From the NCBI GenBank assembly GCA_951406725.2, contig CATOCA020000001.1, forward strand, positions 10,044,001-10,108,000: 64,000 nucleotides of DNA, written 5' to 3'. Source of the stretch: Octopus vulgaris. Taxonomy: Eukaryota. This document shows positions 56,784-64,000 of the stretch, in pieces. Each line of letters starts with the position of its first letter. Within the stretch, counting starts at the first letter, position 1. The notes beneath the pieces were generated by a model that was given only the letters and a program-made list of their open reading frames with translations, made no database searches and was not told the origin of the DNA. A program made the translations under genes and the position numbers.

Positions 56784-59700
56784 CATACATACATACATAC
56801 GACGGGCTTTGGTTGGCTCGAGGCTATAGTAGAAGACTCTTGCCCAAGGTGCCACACAGTGGGACTGAACCCAGAACCATCAAGTTCGTAAGCAAGATAC
56901 TTGCCACACAGTCACTCCTACGCCTGTATTTTAAAAATGTTTACTGACAAGATATTCTTGTTATTTTACCTGATGTCTCTCATAATCTGGCAGACTTACA
57001 ATGAAATGCGTTCCAAATATGACCACCCTCTTATTTTTCACTGATAATAAATCTATCATTGCATCCAGTAAACATTGTCTTTATTCAAGTGGAAGACGTT
57101 GGTTTGCTGCTCAGAAAACCGTTGTCTCTTTCCCTTTCTTCAAACTTCATAGAGGCTGTATGATACAATACAATCAAATACATTCAAAGAGACATCGGAC
57201 GGGTTGAAAAAGGAAAGGATAGTGAACACCTTAGATAAAAGCTCCTTAAGAACCCTTCTGATGGTACTAGGATATTTTTGCCGATGCTAAGTGGGGGAGA
57301 TTATAATGCACTAAAGATGAAGTGAACAAGAATATACGGGACATATACAATGACCCAAACGAAGTCAACTTTACCTGCTCATGTTTGTATTGAAATGTCC
57401 AATGAAACCAGTAATCAAATATTTCAGCTTTGCGATTTCAGCAAGACACAAGTATAAAGCTTAGTAAAGAAGGCAAGAACGGAGATTGCAACGGGAGATG
57501 ATTGTGTACCATAGAACGTGTACAAATGTTGTGCCCAGGTGTTATAAGCATTAATTACTATTTAGGGAGTTGTGGGATAAAGGTGAACTGATTAATGAAT
57601 GTTGCAAGACAAAAGGATTTTATTCATCAAAGTAAGTTAATGCAAAACTAAGTGGCCAATTAAAGCCAATTTCAATCTTGAATGGCAAGATTTACAAGGC
57701 TGTACTTGCTAAGTGATCAGCTATATATCTACAAAATAATGATTATGTAAGATGAAATATCCAGAAGGCTGGCATCTCCAGAACCCCTGTATGTAGAACA
57801 TGGATTTTCAGTTTGGGACTCGATAGAAAACACAAAGGGAAATTAAGGAATTTGAATGTGTTATGGCTTGAGCTGGTTAATGCTTTTGGCCCTCTATCAA
57901 GCAGTAAATATCTCCAATCAAGTGTTGATGGATGCAATGAACTTCTTTTAAATATGAGAGAAGAGTAAGGATTTGATGAGGGGCTGCTATAACAATTTCA
58001 ATATGTGTTTCATGAGAGAAAATTTCACAAAATATTTGCATCATTTTGAAATTGGAATTGTTGTAGTTTGCAAAATATCAGTCATTTTGTTTGTGCCTCT
58101 TATGGAGATGTTCCTTTGATCAGCAGATTGATCAAGAGAGACCGGTTCGAGTGAAATAACCTAAGAAGGAAGACATCCATGGAGGATATAAAAGTACCAT
58201 GTAAGAGATTTGGCACAGACATAAGAAACAAAAGATAAAACTAAGGAAACAACAGTTTCTTCAATTGATAAATAAACGAGAAAATTGCTACGTTACTTGA
58301 TAATGAATGTAGGATGTCTTAATAGAGAGAAGTCTAGGAAGGTTAGTCTGTTTGGTTATGGACGTAAATATTGAGCTATTCCATGGGACCACGAAAGAAG
58401 TATAAAAATAATGGCCATTAATGATAAGAATGACTAACATTTATAAAATAAAGACCAATTAACAGAGACAGAGAAATTATACTATGACGTGTAAAATTTG
58501 GAAATATTTATTTCAGAGTCTGTAAACCTGGATGAGAAACTTCTTCATAGTGTAGCAAAGAAGTTGGGGAATAAATGGCAGCAACTTGGTGAGTAAAAAA
58601 AAGCACTTGATTTCTATAAATTTTGCCATTATTTGAACTTTTGTTTGTTAGAATGACTGAGAACAGGTTCCATTCCTAATTTTCTTTCGAATGGTTAGCT
58701 AACGATATTACTGAAATATCACCGAGTATGGTGAAATATATAAATTAGAAGATACACAAGAGTTAATAGTGTCGTTTGGGACAGGAAACTAAATTCTATT
58801 ATTGTTTACAGGTAAACAGGTGAGTTAATGTCAATGCTTCTATTTGTTTACATTGCTATTTAATATACTGGTAGGTTGTTGTTGTTGTTTAGGCAGATGT
58901 ATGCCTTAATCTGGCAGACTTAAGAGGAAAAGTGTCCCAGGTGTGACGCCGTTCTTTTCTTGGCAGAACAGGACCACATTATCAAATGCAACATTCTTAC
59001 AGGAGACTGTGTATCTCGTGAGACATGTTGTAGTAACTCTCCTGGTTAGCCTGTTTCTCAATATTTATTGTAGTCCTTTAGCCCCAGGACAACCTATAGT
59101 CCTCTCTCAAACCAGACAGGCCCTATTGTTGATTATTTTCCAGGGTCGCCTGAACTCAGCCCTTTAAGTTAAGGAAATACAAAATATAAAATAATCATCC
59201 TAACAGAAGTTGTAAAGACAACTTGACTTTGTTTGTCAATTGAAATCATTTCACTCTTCTTCTTTGCTTTACAAACCTCATTTGGAAAGGCATGAACATC
59301 ACAATAAACCATGTCTCCTTGTCTCAAAGTTTAACAACAGAAAGTATCTTTTATACAATGCTCCTAGTATTTACAGTAATGTATTCCACCTCCCTATGGT
59401 ACCTATATGCATGTAGGTAGAATGCACCATAGAGAAATGCCTTTATGTGGGACGTTGATCTGTGCTGGTGACTAGACTTGAACCTTCGTTCCCTGACACA
59501 AAAGGTCATGACAATCACCGCAGTCATCTGATAGAAATGATTTACTTAAATTAAAAAAGGACATCATGTATGTGTGGCCAACTTGTTGTATCTTTTGAAT
59601 TCATATAAAATATACCAGTCATATACTGGGGTAAAATCGATTCACTAACAGCAGTCCATTATCCTCATCTTCCGTTCATTTTTCTCCCACAGTTGTGTTT

Positions 59701-62700
59701 CTTTGTCAGGTTTAACTTTTTCCCTTCCATTTAGATCTCCTGCCATTTCTTTACCCAAATTTTATTTTTCACACTTCCCCTCCCCATATTTCTACCATCT
59801 CCTCTCTCATGTATTAGGGTGACAACTAAGTTCCCTCTATTTTGTTGTTTTAAAATTTAAAAGGTCTTATAAAAAAACCAGCTAATTAATGAATAATGTA
59901 TTCACCCTTGTTGTTTCCAACTTCTTCCCAACGTTCAACAAGATTTGTAATACCTCGTTCGTAGAAATCACCCGATTTCGACTGGAAAAATTGATCCAAC
60001 CAAGCTCTCAATTCTGCATCAGTATTGAAGGAAACTCCGCGTATATCATTTGAAAGAGATCGAAAGAGGTAGAAATCCGTTGGTGCCAAATCAGGAGCGT
60101 ACGGCGGGTGTGGCAGCACTTCCCAGCCATGCGTTTGAATGGCTTCCTTGGTTATATTGGCGATGTGAGGGCGGGATTTATCGTGCAGCAGAAGAACTCC
60201 ATGCTGACGATTAGGTCTTTTCTCTTGAATAGCTGTGTTGAGCCGTTGCATCATTTGAACATAGAGTTCCGTGTTAACCGTTTGGTTCCGTTCAAGCAAC
60301 TCGTCATGGATAATTCCTTCCCAGCCCCACCATACGCACAACATCGCTTTACGCAGATGAAGATCTTTTCACGCGCGGTGTCGCTTGTTTACCGGGGTTA
60401 AGCCATTCCTTACGCTGCTTCATATTGATGTACAGGCACCATTTTCCGACTCTAGTAACGATTCGGCCAAGAAATCGTTGCCTGTGTCCATGAGTTGAGC
60501 GGTGACGAGCAAACAAGCCAGCAGAAATTGTGGCTCGTTGATTTCTGCTGTTGTCACTTAAAGCATGCTGAACCCATGCTCCATACTTCTGAACCTTTCC
60601 CATCGAGTGAAGATGCTTCTCTATAGCAGTGTGAGAGCATTCCATTTTCTCTGACTGTTCCCCTGTCATTTGACGTGAATTCTCGTGCAAAAGTTGGTTT
60701 AATCGCTCTTCATCGAACTCAACTGGACGGTCAGAACAAAGTGCATCTTTGAGGTCAAAATTTCCATTTGTGAACATGGCATACCAATCACAAGCGGTTC
60801 TTTCAGTTATGGCACCCTCTCCATACACTGTACAAATGTCGCGAGCAGCTTTTGCAGCCTTAGAACCTTGATTAAAAGCAAAAAAGTAGGTGTCGAAAAT
60901 GCTCGTTTTTCTTAACTTGACATTCAGTTTTAATGATCTGAAAATAAACAAAAATTAACTAAAATTAACTACAAAGAAAACAAAATAGATTCCAAAATAA
61001 TTCAAAATAGAATTCTCAAAAGCAAAAATAGATTCCAAAATTTAAAAACGCCATAAATTCCAAAATTTATAAAACCCGCGGGAACTTAGTTGCCAACCCA
61101 ATACTATCTCTGCTTCTTTGAAGACAAAGTTTTTCTTCCTGCTCATCTTTTGTCCAGCATCTCTACACATGAATATTTTACTCCTAGTGAAGTATGTCCA
61201 CCTCATTTTATGCCTGTTTTTAATACATTTTCCACATTCAATGCAATATTGCACTTTACAACTACACATCACTCTGCACTTCATCTGGAAACAGAATCGC
61301 TTCAATGCAAATAGACACAACAGCTCTCTGTACAATTTTGCAGTTCAGTTACTATGCTTTCCGCATAGTCTCCTCCACTTCTAATCATACCTGTTAGGTA
61401 ACAGAAACCAGCAACTACGTCTTTCTGAGTTGATATTACTTCAGATTCATTTTGTATATTTCATACTTACAAACCCCTTGCCTTCTTTCAACTTCTCTCT
61501 GATCCCACTGTACACTTTGTGTGCATTGAATACACCATATAAAAATCCTATTACCCCGACCTTTCTTTTCCTGCATATCGAATATGATAACTTCCCAGTT
61601 CAGGTAGATATTTATGGATACAGTAGTTCCTTCAGGATCTAACTGTTGTTGGCATGTAGATGGCGAGTCCTGCCTTCGTTTTTTGCTAAAACACTTCTCA
61701 TTGTAAGGGTTACCTTGAAACCTCTCCATTATAAGAATTTCTCTAAAGAGTGGAAGAAATCATTATTATGAGTCATGAATACAGAAAGTCTAAGCTGTTG
61801 CCTTTTATAATATGTGATGTGTAGCAATCACTATGAAATTGTTTGTGTGGTTGACATCATTCTACCATGCATTGTATGTATTTCTATTTTAATTGGTCCA
61901 GGTGTACCAAATATTATTGTTATTATTTGACATTTCAATCTCAGCTTTCTAGATATTTGTAAATATGACAATTTGAGGCATTGACCATGGAATGTTATCA
62001 AACGTCGGAAATAGACTCCTTTTGAGGGGTGTCTGGAGTAACGTTACTCGACAGGGTGTGTAGGCTGGAGATTTGGGTGTTCCTCCAGGTCAAACGGCTG
62101 CTTCTCTGCATTGAGAAGTCAGAACTCCAGTAATAGAGAAACGTGATTAGAATGTCACAAAAATGAATCGCAAAACGGGTTCTTGAAGCTGAGCCAACTG
62201 ACAGGAGACCCCTAGGGGTAGATCGAGACTAGATTGTTGGATAAAATCCATAGTTTCAATTGGTCATGTTTGAGAATGGATTCAGAAAAGCTTCTGATAG
62301 GACCCGACGAAGGAGATTCCTAAAGACTCTACCCCTGCAACCCTTCTATGAATAAAGGACAGAGAAAATGGATGGATGGATCAAATCGTGTAACTGTTGG
62401 TCTCTATTGATTCTTTAGGCTCTCATACACTCTTACCCACAGAAAAACACTTCTCCTTCCTGCTCTTTACCAAACATTTTCTCGTGTAACTTTCAGTTAA
62501 TTCTTTTTCAAAATGTTTTCTCCATTTCCAGCCTTTATTTCAAAATGTTTGTTATTTTTGTCAACATCTTTAGAAACAGAGACCAATGTCTTCTATTTTC
62601 CCTGTTTCTTAAGTATTTCTCATTCCTCTAATCACATGATTTCTTTGCTATATTTATAACAACCCACCACACACGTGTGTTATATTATCGGTAATGTTGT

Positions 62701-62942
62701 TTTAATTATATTTCTGTATTGTTGTATCTTTTGCAGGGAGAGAATTAGGAATTAAACAAGTTGACCTGAACATTATCAAGAGTGACTTCCCTAATGATAC
62801 AGCAGAACAAAGTTTCCAGATGCTCTATAAATGGTTCCAGTGTTGTGATCCAGCGAATCGTACACTTAAAACATTAACGGACGCTCTTAAGGAATTCGAG
62901 TGTTCCGATGCACTTGAACGTCTATCATTAGACACAAATTGA
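33102..62942 (+). CDS. Multi-exon gene: ankyrin repeats + RING (C3HC4) + death domain, MIB2-like E3 ligase/adaptor (13 coding exons, ~477 aa if one 1-nt frameshift is corrected)
   Basis: Manual splicing of 33102-33179, 34961-35118, 36569-36614, 39084-39238, 40214-40250, 44350-44559, 47111-47286, 50133-50274, 51563-51613, 53778-53828, 56183-56233, 58517-58588, 62737-62942. All introns are GT-AG with polypyrimidine tracts and compatible phases (0,2,0,2,0,0,2,1,1,1,1,1). Sum is 1433 nt, one short of 478 codons. Ankyrin TPLH motifs, RING cysteines and death-domain W/L pattern are present. Confidence 0.85.
34330..34920. repeat. ~590-bp polypurine (GA-rich) tract in intron 1
   Basis: Almost exclusively A/G on the + strand, ending ~40 nt before the exon 2 acceptor. 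Confidence 0.95.
34961..35118 (+). CDS. Exon 2, ankyrin repeats ([20 protein letters not shown]...[11 protein letters not shown])
   Basis: Acceptor ttcattacag, donor GTAAGT, two ankyrin TPL/TALH motifs, phase 0 to 2. Confidence 0.9.
35306..36500. repeat. ~1.2-kb degenerate (GAT)n microsatellite in intron 2
   Basis: Visible directly; higher-order duplicated block at ~36240-36330 and ~36390-36480. Confidence 0.97.
36569..36614 (+). CDS. Exon 3, ankyrin helix 2 ([15 protein letters not shown])
   Basis: Acceptor tttactctcag, donor GTAAGT, 46 nt, phase 2 to 0; completes the repeat begun in exon 2. Confidence 0.85.
37058..37365 (+). mobile_element. SINE family C (tail ...gtcgtcgtaaccgacggagtgc)
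   Basis: Homologs at ~6630-6892 plus 7480-7545 (split by a family B insertion), 29030-29370 and 63448-63770. Confidence 0.8.
37807..38740 (+). mobile_element. Two head-to-tail SINE family A copies (37807-38210, 38255-38740), intron 3
   Basis: Two heads and two ccagcatggcc-type tails. Confidence 0.85.
39084..39238 (+). CDS. Exon 4, ankyrin repeats ([51 protein letters not shown])
   Basis: Acceptor ttttttcag, donor GTAAGT, consensus ankyrin motifs, phase 0 to 2. Confidence 0.92.
40214..40250 (+). CDS. Exon 5 ([13 protein letters not shown])
   Basis: Acceptor tactttcag, donor GTTAGT, 37 nt, phase 2 to 0; supplies the missing ankyrin helix. Confidence 0.8.
40550..40925 (-). mobile_element. Diverged SINE family A copy, intron 5
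   Basis: tttgactgcggccatgctgggg tail and cttctttcagttttcatttaccaaatccact body in reverse orientation. Confidence 0.7.
41944..41978 (-). ncRNA. Hammerhead-like motif in a dispersed ~200-bp element (41850-42045), intron 5
   Basis: Reverse complement is identical to 20290-20324. Confidence 0.6.
42880..43100 (-). mobile_element. Old RTE-like LINE remnant
   Basis: Decayed 'EEVL...P....' type segment on the minus strand; weak. Confidence 0.35.
44350..44559 (+). CDS. Exon 6, ankyrin repeats ([24 protein letters not shown]...[10 protein letters not shown]...ILDK)
   Basis: Acceptor ctctacaaag, donor GTAAGT, 210 nt, phase 0 to 0. Confidence 0.9.
45345..45380 (+). ncRNA. Degenerate hammerhead-like motif, second family
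   Basis: cttt-GTGTGGA-a-gagc(gtat)gctc-GAAA-cg-TT-aaag; stems intact, core damaged. Confidence 0.4.
46147..46500 (-). mobile_element. RTE-clade LINE 3' remnant
   Basis: Minus strand reads VRERRLRWY...[27 protein letters not shown], typical of the RTE C-terminus, with a (GAT)n tail. Confidence 0.7.
47111..47286 (+). CDS. Exon 7, last ankyrin repeat, Mind-bomb-like ([28 protein letters not shown])
   Basis: Acceptor tttgtag, donor GTAAGT, phase 0 to 2; resembles the MIB1/MIB2 'ACFLA.EGAD....N..G.SPLDL' segment that precedes the RING. Confidence 0.88.
47940..49439 (+). mobile_element. Tc1-family DNA transposon, decayed, with ~190-200-bp IR/DR-type TIRs
   Basis: TIRs ~47940-48132 and ~49240-49439, each with two ggg..aaa.a.tattcgt direct repeats; TA flanks. 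Transposase remnant 48295-49212 reads [40 protein letters not shown], with stops and frameshifts. Confidence 0.92.
49646..49681 (-). ncRNA. Hammerhead-like motif, second family, A6U core variant (element ~49584-49755)
   Basis: Reverse complement is cttt-CTGTAGA-a-gagc(gaag)gctc-GAAA-tg-TA-aaag. Confidence 0.5.
50133..50274 (+). CDS. Exon 8, RING finger (CVFC-x11-CKH-x3-CKKC...CPTC) with apparent 1-nt deletion near 50212-50230
   Basis: Acceptor ttcctcag. The first six ligands are in the entry frame, which stops at TAA 50254-50256. [15 protein letters not shown] and a phase-1 GTAATA donor are in the shifted frame. Confidence 0.85.
51563..51613 (+). CDS. Exon 9, 51-nt symmetric micro-exon ([17 protein letters not shown])
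   Basis: tttatttcag / GTGAGT, phase 1 to 1; flanks homologous to exons 10-12. Confidence 0.7.
51740..52160 (-). mobile_element. SINE-like repeat family D with internal ~60-bp GC-rich tandem repeats
   Basis: cggttggatgcccttcctaacgccaacc block, with a reverse match at ~32320-32450; repeated ttttacgtaccaccggcac units; (CAT)n tail. Confidence 0.6.
52260..53085 (+). mobile_element. Decayed DNA-transposase fragment (possibly Sola-like; superfamily uncertain)
   Basis: [24 protein letters not shown], then frameshifted FS.GAA.QYKN-like and FFA.SCGK-like motifs. Confidence 0.6.
53778..53828 (+). CDS. Exon 10, 51-nt symmetric micro-exon ([17 protein letters not shown])
   Basis: ttcatttcag / GTGAGT, phase 1 to 1, no stops. 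Confidence 0.7.
54135..54560 (-). mobile_element. SINE family A inside the duplicated cassette (paralog at ~56535-56925)
   Basis: Present in both duplicate copies, so it predates the duplication. Confidence 0.85.
56183..56233 (+). CDS. Exon 11, identical duplicate of exon 10
   Basis: Same 51 nt and splice sites, inside the second copy of a ~2.4-kb-period tandem duplication. Confidence 0.65.
57700..58200 (+). mobile_element. Decayed RT remnant of an R2/NeSL/Hero-like retrotransposon
   Basis: [13 protein letters not shown] (cf. WLDL.NAFGS) and [18 protein letters not shown] (cf. GI..GCTIS.ILF). Confidence 0.5.
58517..58588 (+). CDS. Exon 12, death domain N-terminal helices ([25 protein letters not shown])
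   Basis: tttatttcag / GTGAGT, phase 1 to 1; death-domain 'VA..LG..W..LG' motif. Confidence 0.88.
59814..61101 (-). mobile_element. Mariner (DD34D) transposon, 1288 bp, decayed; TIR resembles the mellifera subfamily
   Basis: TIRs ttagggtgacaactaagttccc / ttgggttggcaactaagttccc with TA target duplication. Transposase 59886-60951 has [15 protein letters not shown] and [13 protein letters not shown]; the first catalytic D is lost and the ORF is frameshifted. Confidence 0.95.
61960..62382 (+). mobile_element. Old RTE-like LINE 3' remnant
   Basis: Decayed SGVTLLDRV...[10 protein letters not shown]...VIRM...RRP.GR motifs and a (GGAT)n tail. Confidence 0.5.
62737..62942 (+). CDS. Exon 13, rest of death domain ([32 protein letters not shown]...[14 protein letters not shown]...) to TGA
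   Basis: Acceptor cttttgcag, phase 1; 'ELG...I..D.P....EQ..QML..W' and 'L..AL' death-domain motifs; stop 62940-62942. Confidence 0.9.
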
Positions 62943-63179
62943 ATTTTTGAGTAAACTGTCGCTGCTGTTGTGTCCTAAGTCTACATTCGACAAATGCCTT
63001 CCATCCAGGACTATCCTGCCTTTCACTTAAGTTTAGAGAACTCAATACCACATTGTCTACTGTGTCCTTCTTTCAGATGACATATTGTGAATTGAGTAGG
63101 ATTCGGCTACTAATTCTAGCAGATCTGTCTACTCCATTGAGGGCAATTGTTTCCCTTGTTGTTAGAGATTAACTGTGGA

Positions 63180-63185
63180 AATAAA
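63180..63185 (+). promoter_or_regulatory. Candidate polyadenylation signal AATAAA
   Basis: About 240 nt after the stop codon and followed by a GT-rich tract. The AT-rich background makes a chance match plausible. Confidence 0.3.
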
Positions 63186-64000
63186 GATAAGCTTTGAAAT
63201 TTCATTTGTTGTTGATGTTGTTGTTGTAAGTCCCTGTATCTCCCTAAACACCTCCATTGTTATGTAGGCAGTTTTAATATCTTGTGGATTTCTTCATAAA
63301 AGTGGAATGTGTAATTCCATTTTGTAAAGCTTGCTTAAAATCCCATTTTGCTTTCGAGTAGAACCTTCCTTCTTGTAAACACAATTGTCAGTAAATATAG
63401 GATTTCCATTTCTTGCAGTCAATAATTTTACATTAGGAGCTCAGTGAAGGCGCGTGGCGTAGTGATTAGGGCAATCGGTTCACGATCGTAATGTTGTGAG
63501 TTCAATTCCCAGCGACGCGTTGTGTCCTTGAGGAAGACACTTTATTTCATGTTAATCCAGTCCACTCAGCTGGCAAAAATGTGTAGTACATGTATTTCAA
63601 ATGGCCGGCCTTGTCACACATTGTGTCACGCTGAATCTCCCTGAGAAGTGCGTTAAGGATACACGTGTCTGTGGAGTACTCTGCCACTTGCACGTTAAGT
63701 TCACGAACAAGCTGTTCCGTTGATCGTATCAGCTGGGATCCGTGTCGTCGTAACCGACAGAGAGTTCCTTCACGAACTCACCCAATGTAAAAACAAGATT
63801 TGGCTGAAATTATTTTTGCTAATACCTCTATAAGGACAAGGAACACAACACGTATAATTATAGAGCCAAACTCCTAAAGGTTTCAAAGATATGCCCCGCC
63901 AAAATTTGAGAGCCAAGTCCCTCGTGGAGAGTGGATGTCAATTTATACATAATTTGCTGCTGAACATCTTTAAAACTAATCGTAGGCCAATAACATGAAT

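Larger units (their letters stand above)
53087..57342. repeat. Recent tandem duplication (~1.9-kb copies, ~2.4-kb period) carrying exon 10/11 and a SINE
   Basis: agatctttgcactgctataatg at 53087 and 55487; homology runs to ~54977 and ~57342 with scattered indels. Confidence 0.95.

Noticed and set aside
61042-61729. Cys-rich minus-strand ORFs (CIECGKC)
   Set aside because: Fragmented, with no splice support, and running into the mariner TIR; likely decayed transposon or chance.
33102-62942. Assigning the symbol MIB2
   Set aside because: No MIB-HERC2, ZZ or REP exons were found, there is only one RING and an extra death domain; orthology cannot be shown from the sequence alone.

Overview
AT-rich, microsatellite-saturated eukaryotic DNA. 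The SINE families and repeat style resemble an Octopus/cephalopod genome; this is inference. Almost every ORF in the six-frame track is a translation of (TA)n, (TACA)n or (GAT)n repeats. Tracing splice sites by hand recovers one 13-exon + strand gene (33102-62942, about 477 aa) with phase-compatible GT-AG introns. Its architecture is Mind-bomb(MIB2)-like ankyrin repeats, a C3HC4 RING, three 51-nt micro-exons, then a C-terminal death domain. The RING exon has a 1-nt frameshift as assembled. The micro-exons sit in tandem cassettes whose intron flanks are homologous to those of the first death-domain exon. The rest is mobile DNA: a near-complete CR1/L2-type LINE (ORF2 broken by only 3 in-frame stops) that shares its 3' stem-loop with the dominant SINE, Tc1 and mariner transposons, Helitron pieces, RTE/Hero remnants, several tRNA-SINE families and a 5'-eroded tRNA-Glu pseudogene. 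There is also a 3-copy ~2.15-kb tandem array, a ~620-bp palindrome and five minimal hammerhead-ribozyme-like motifs with covarying stems.
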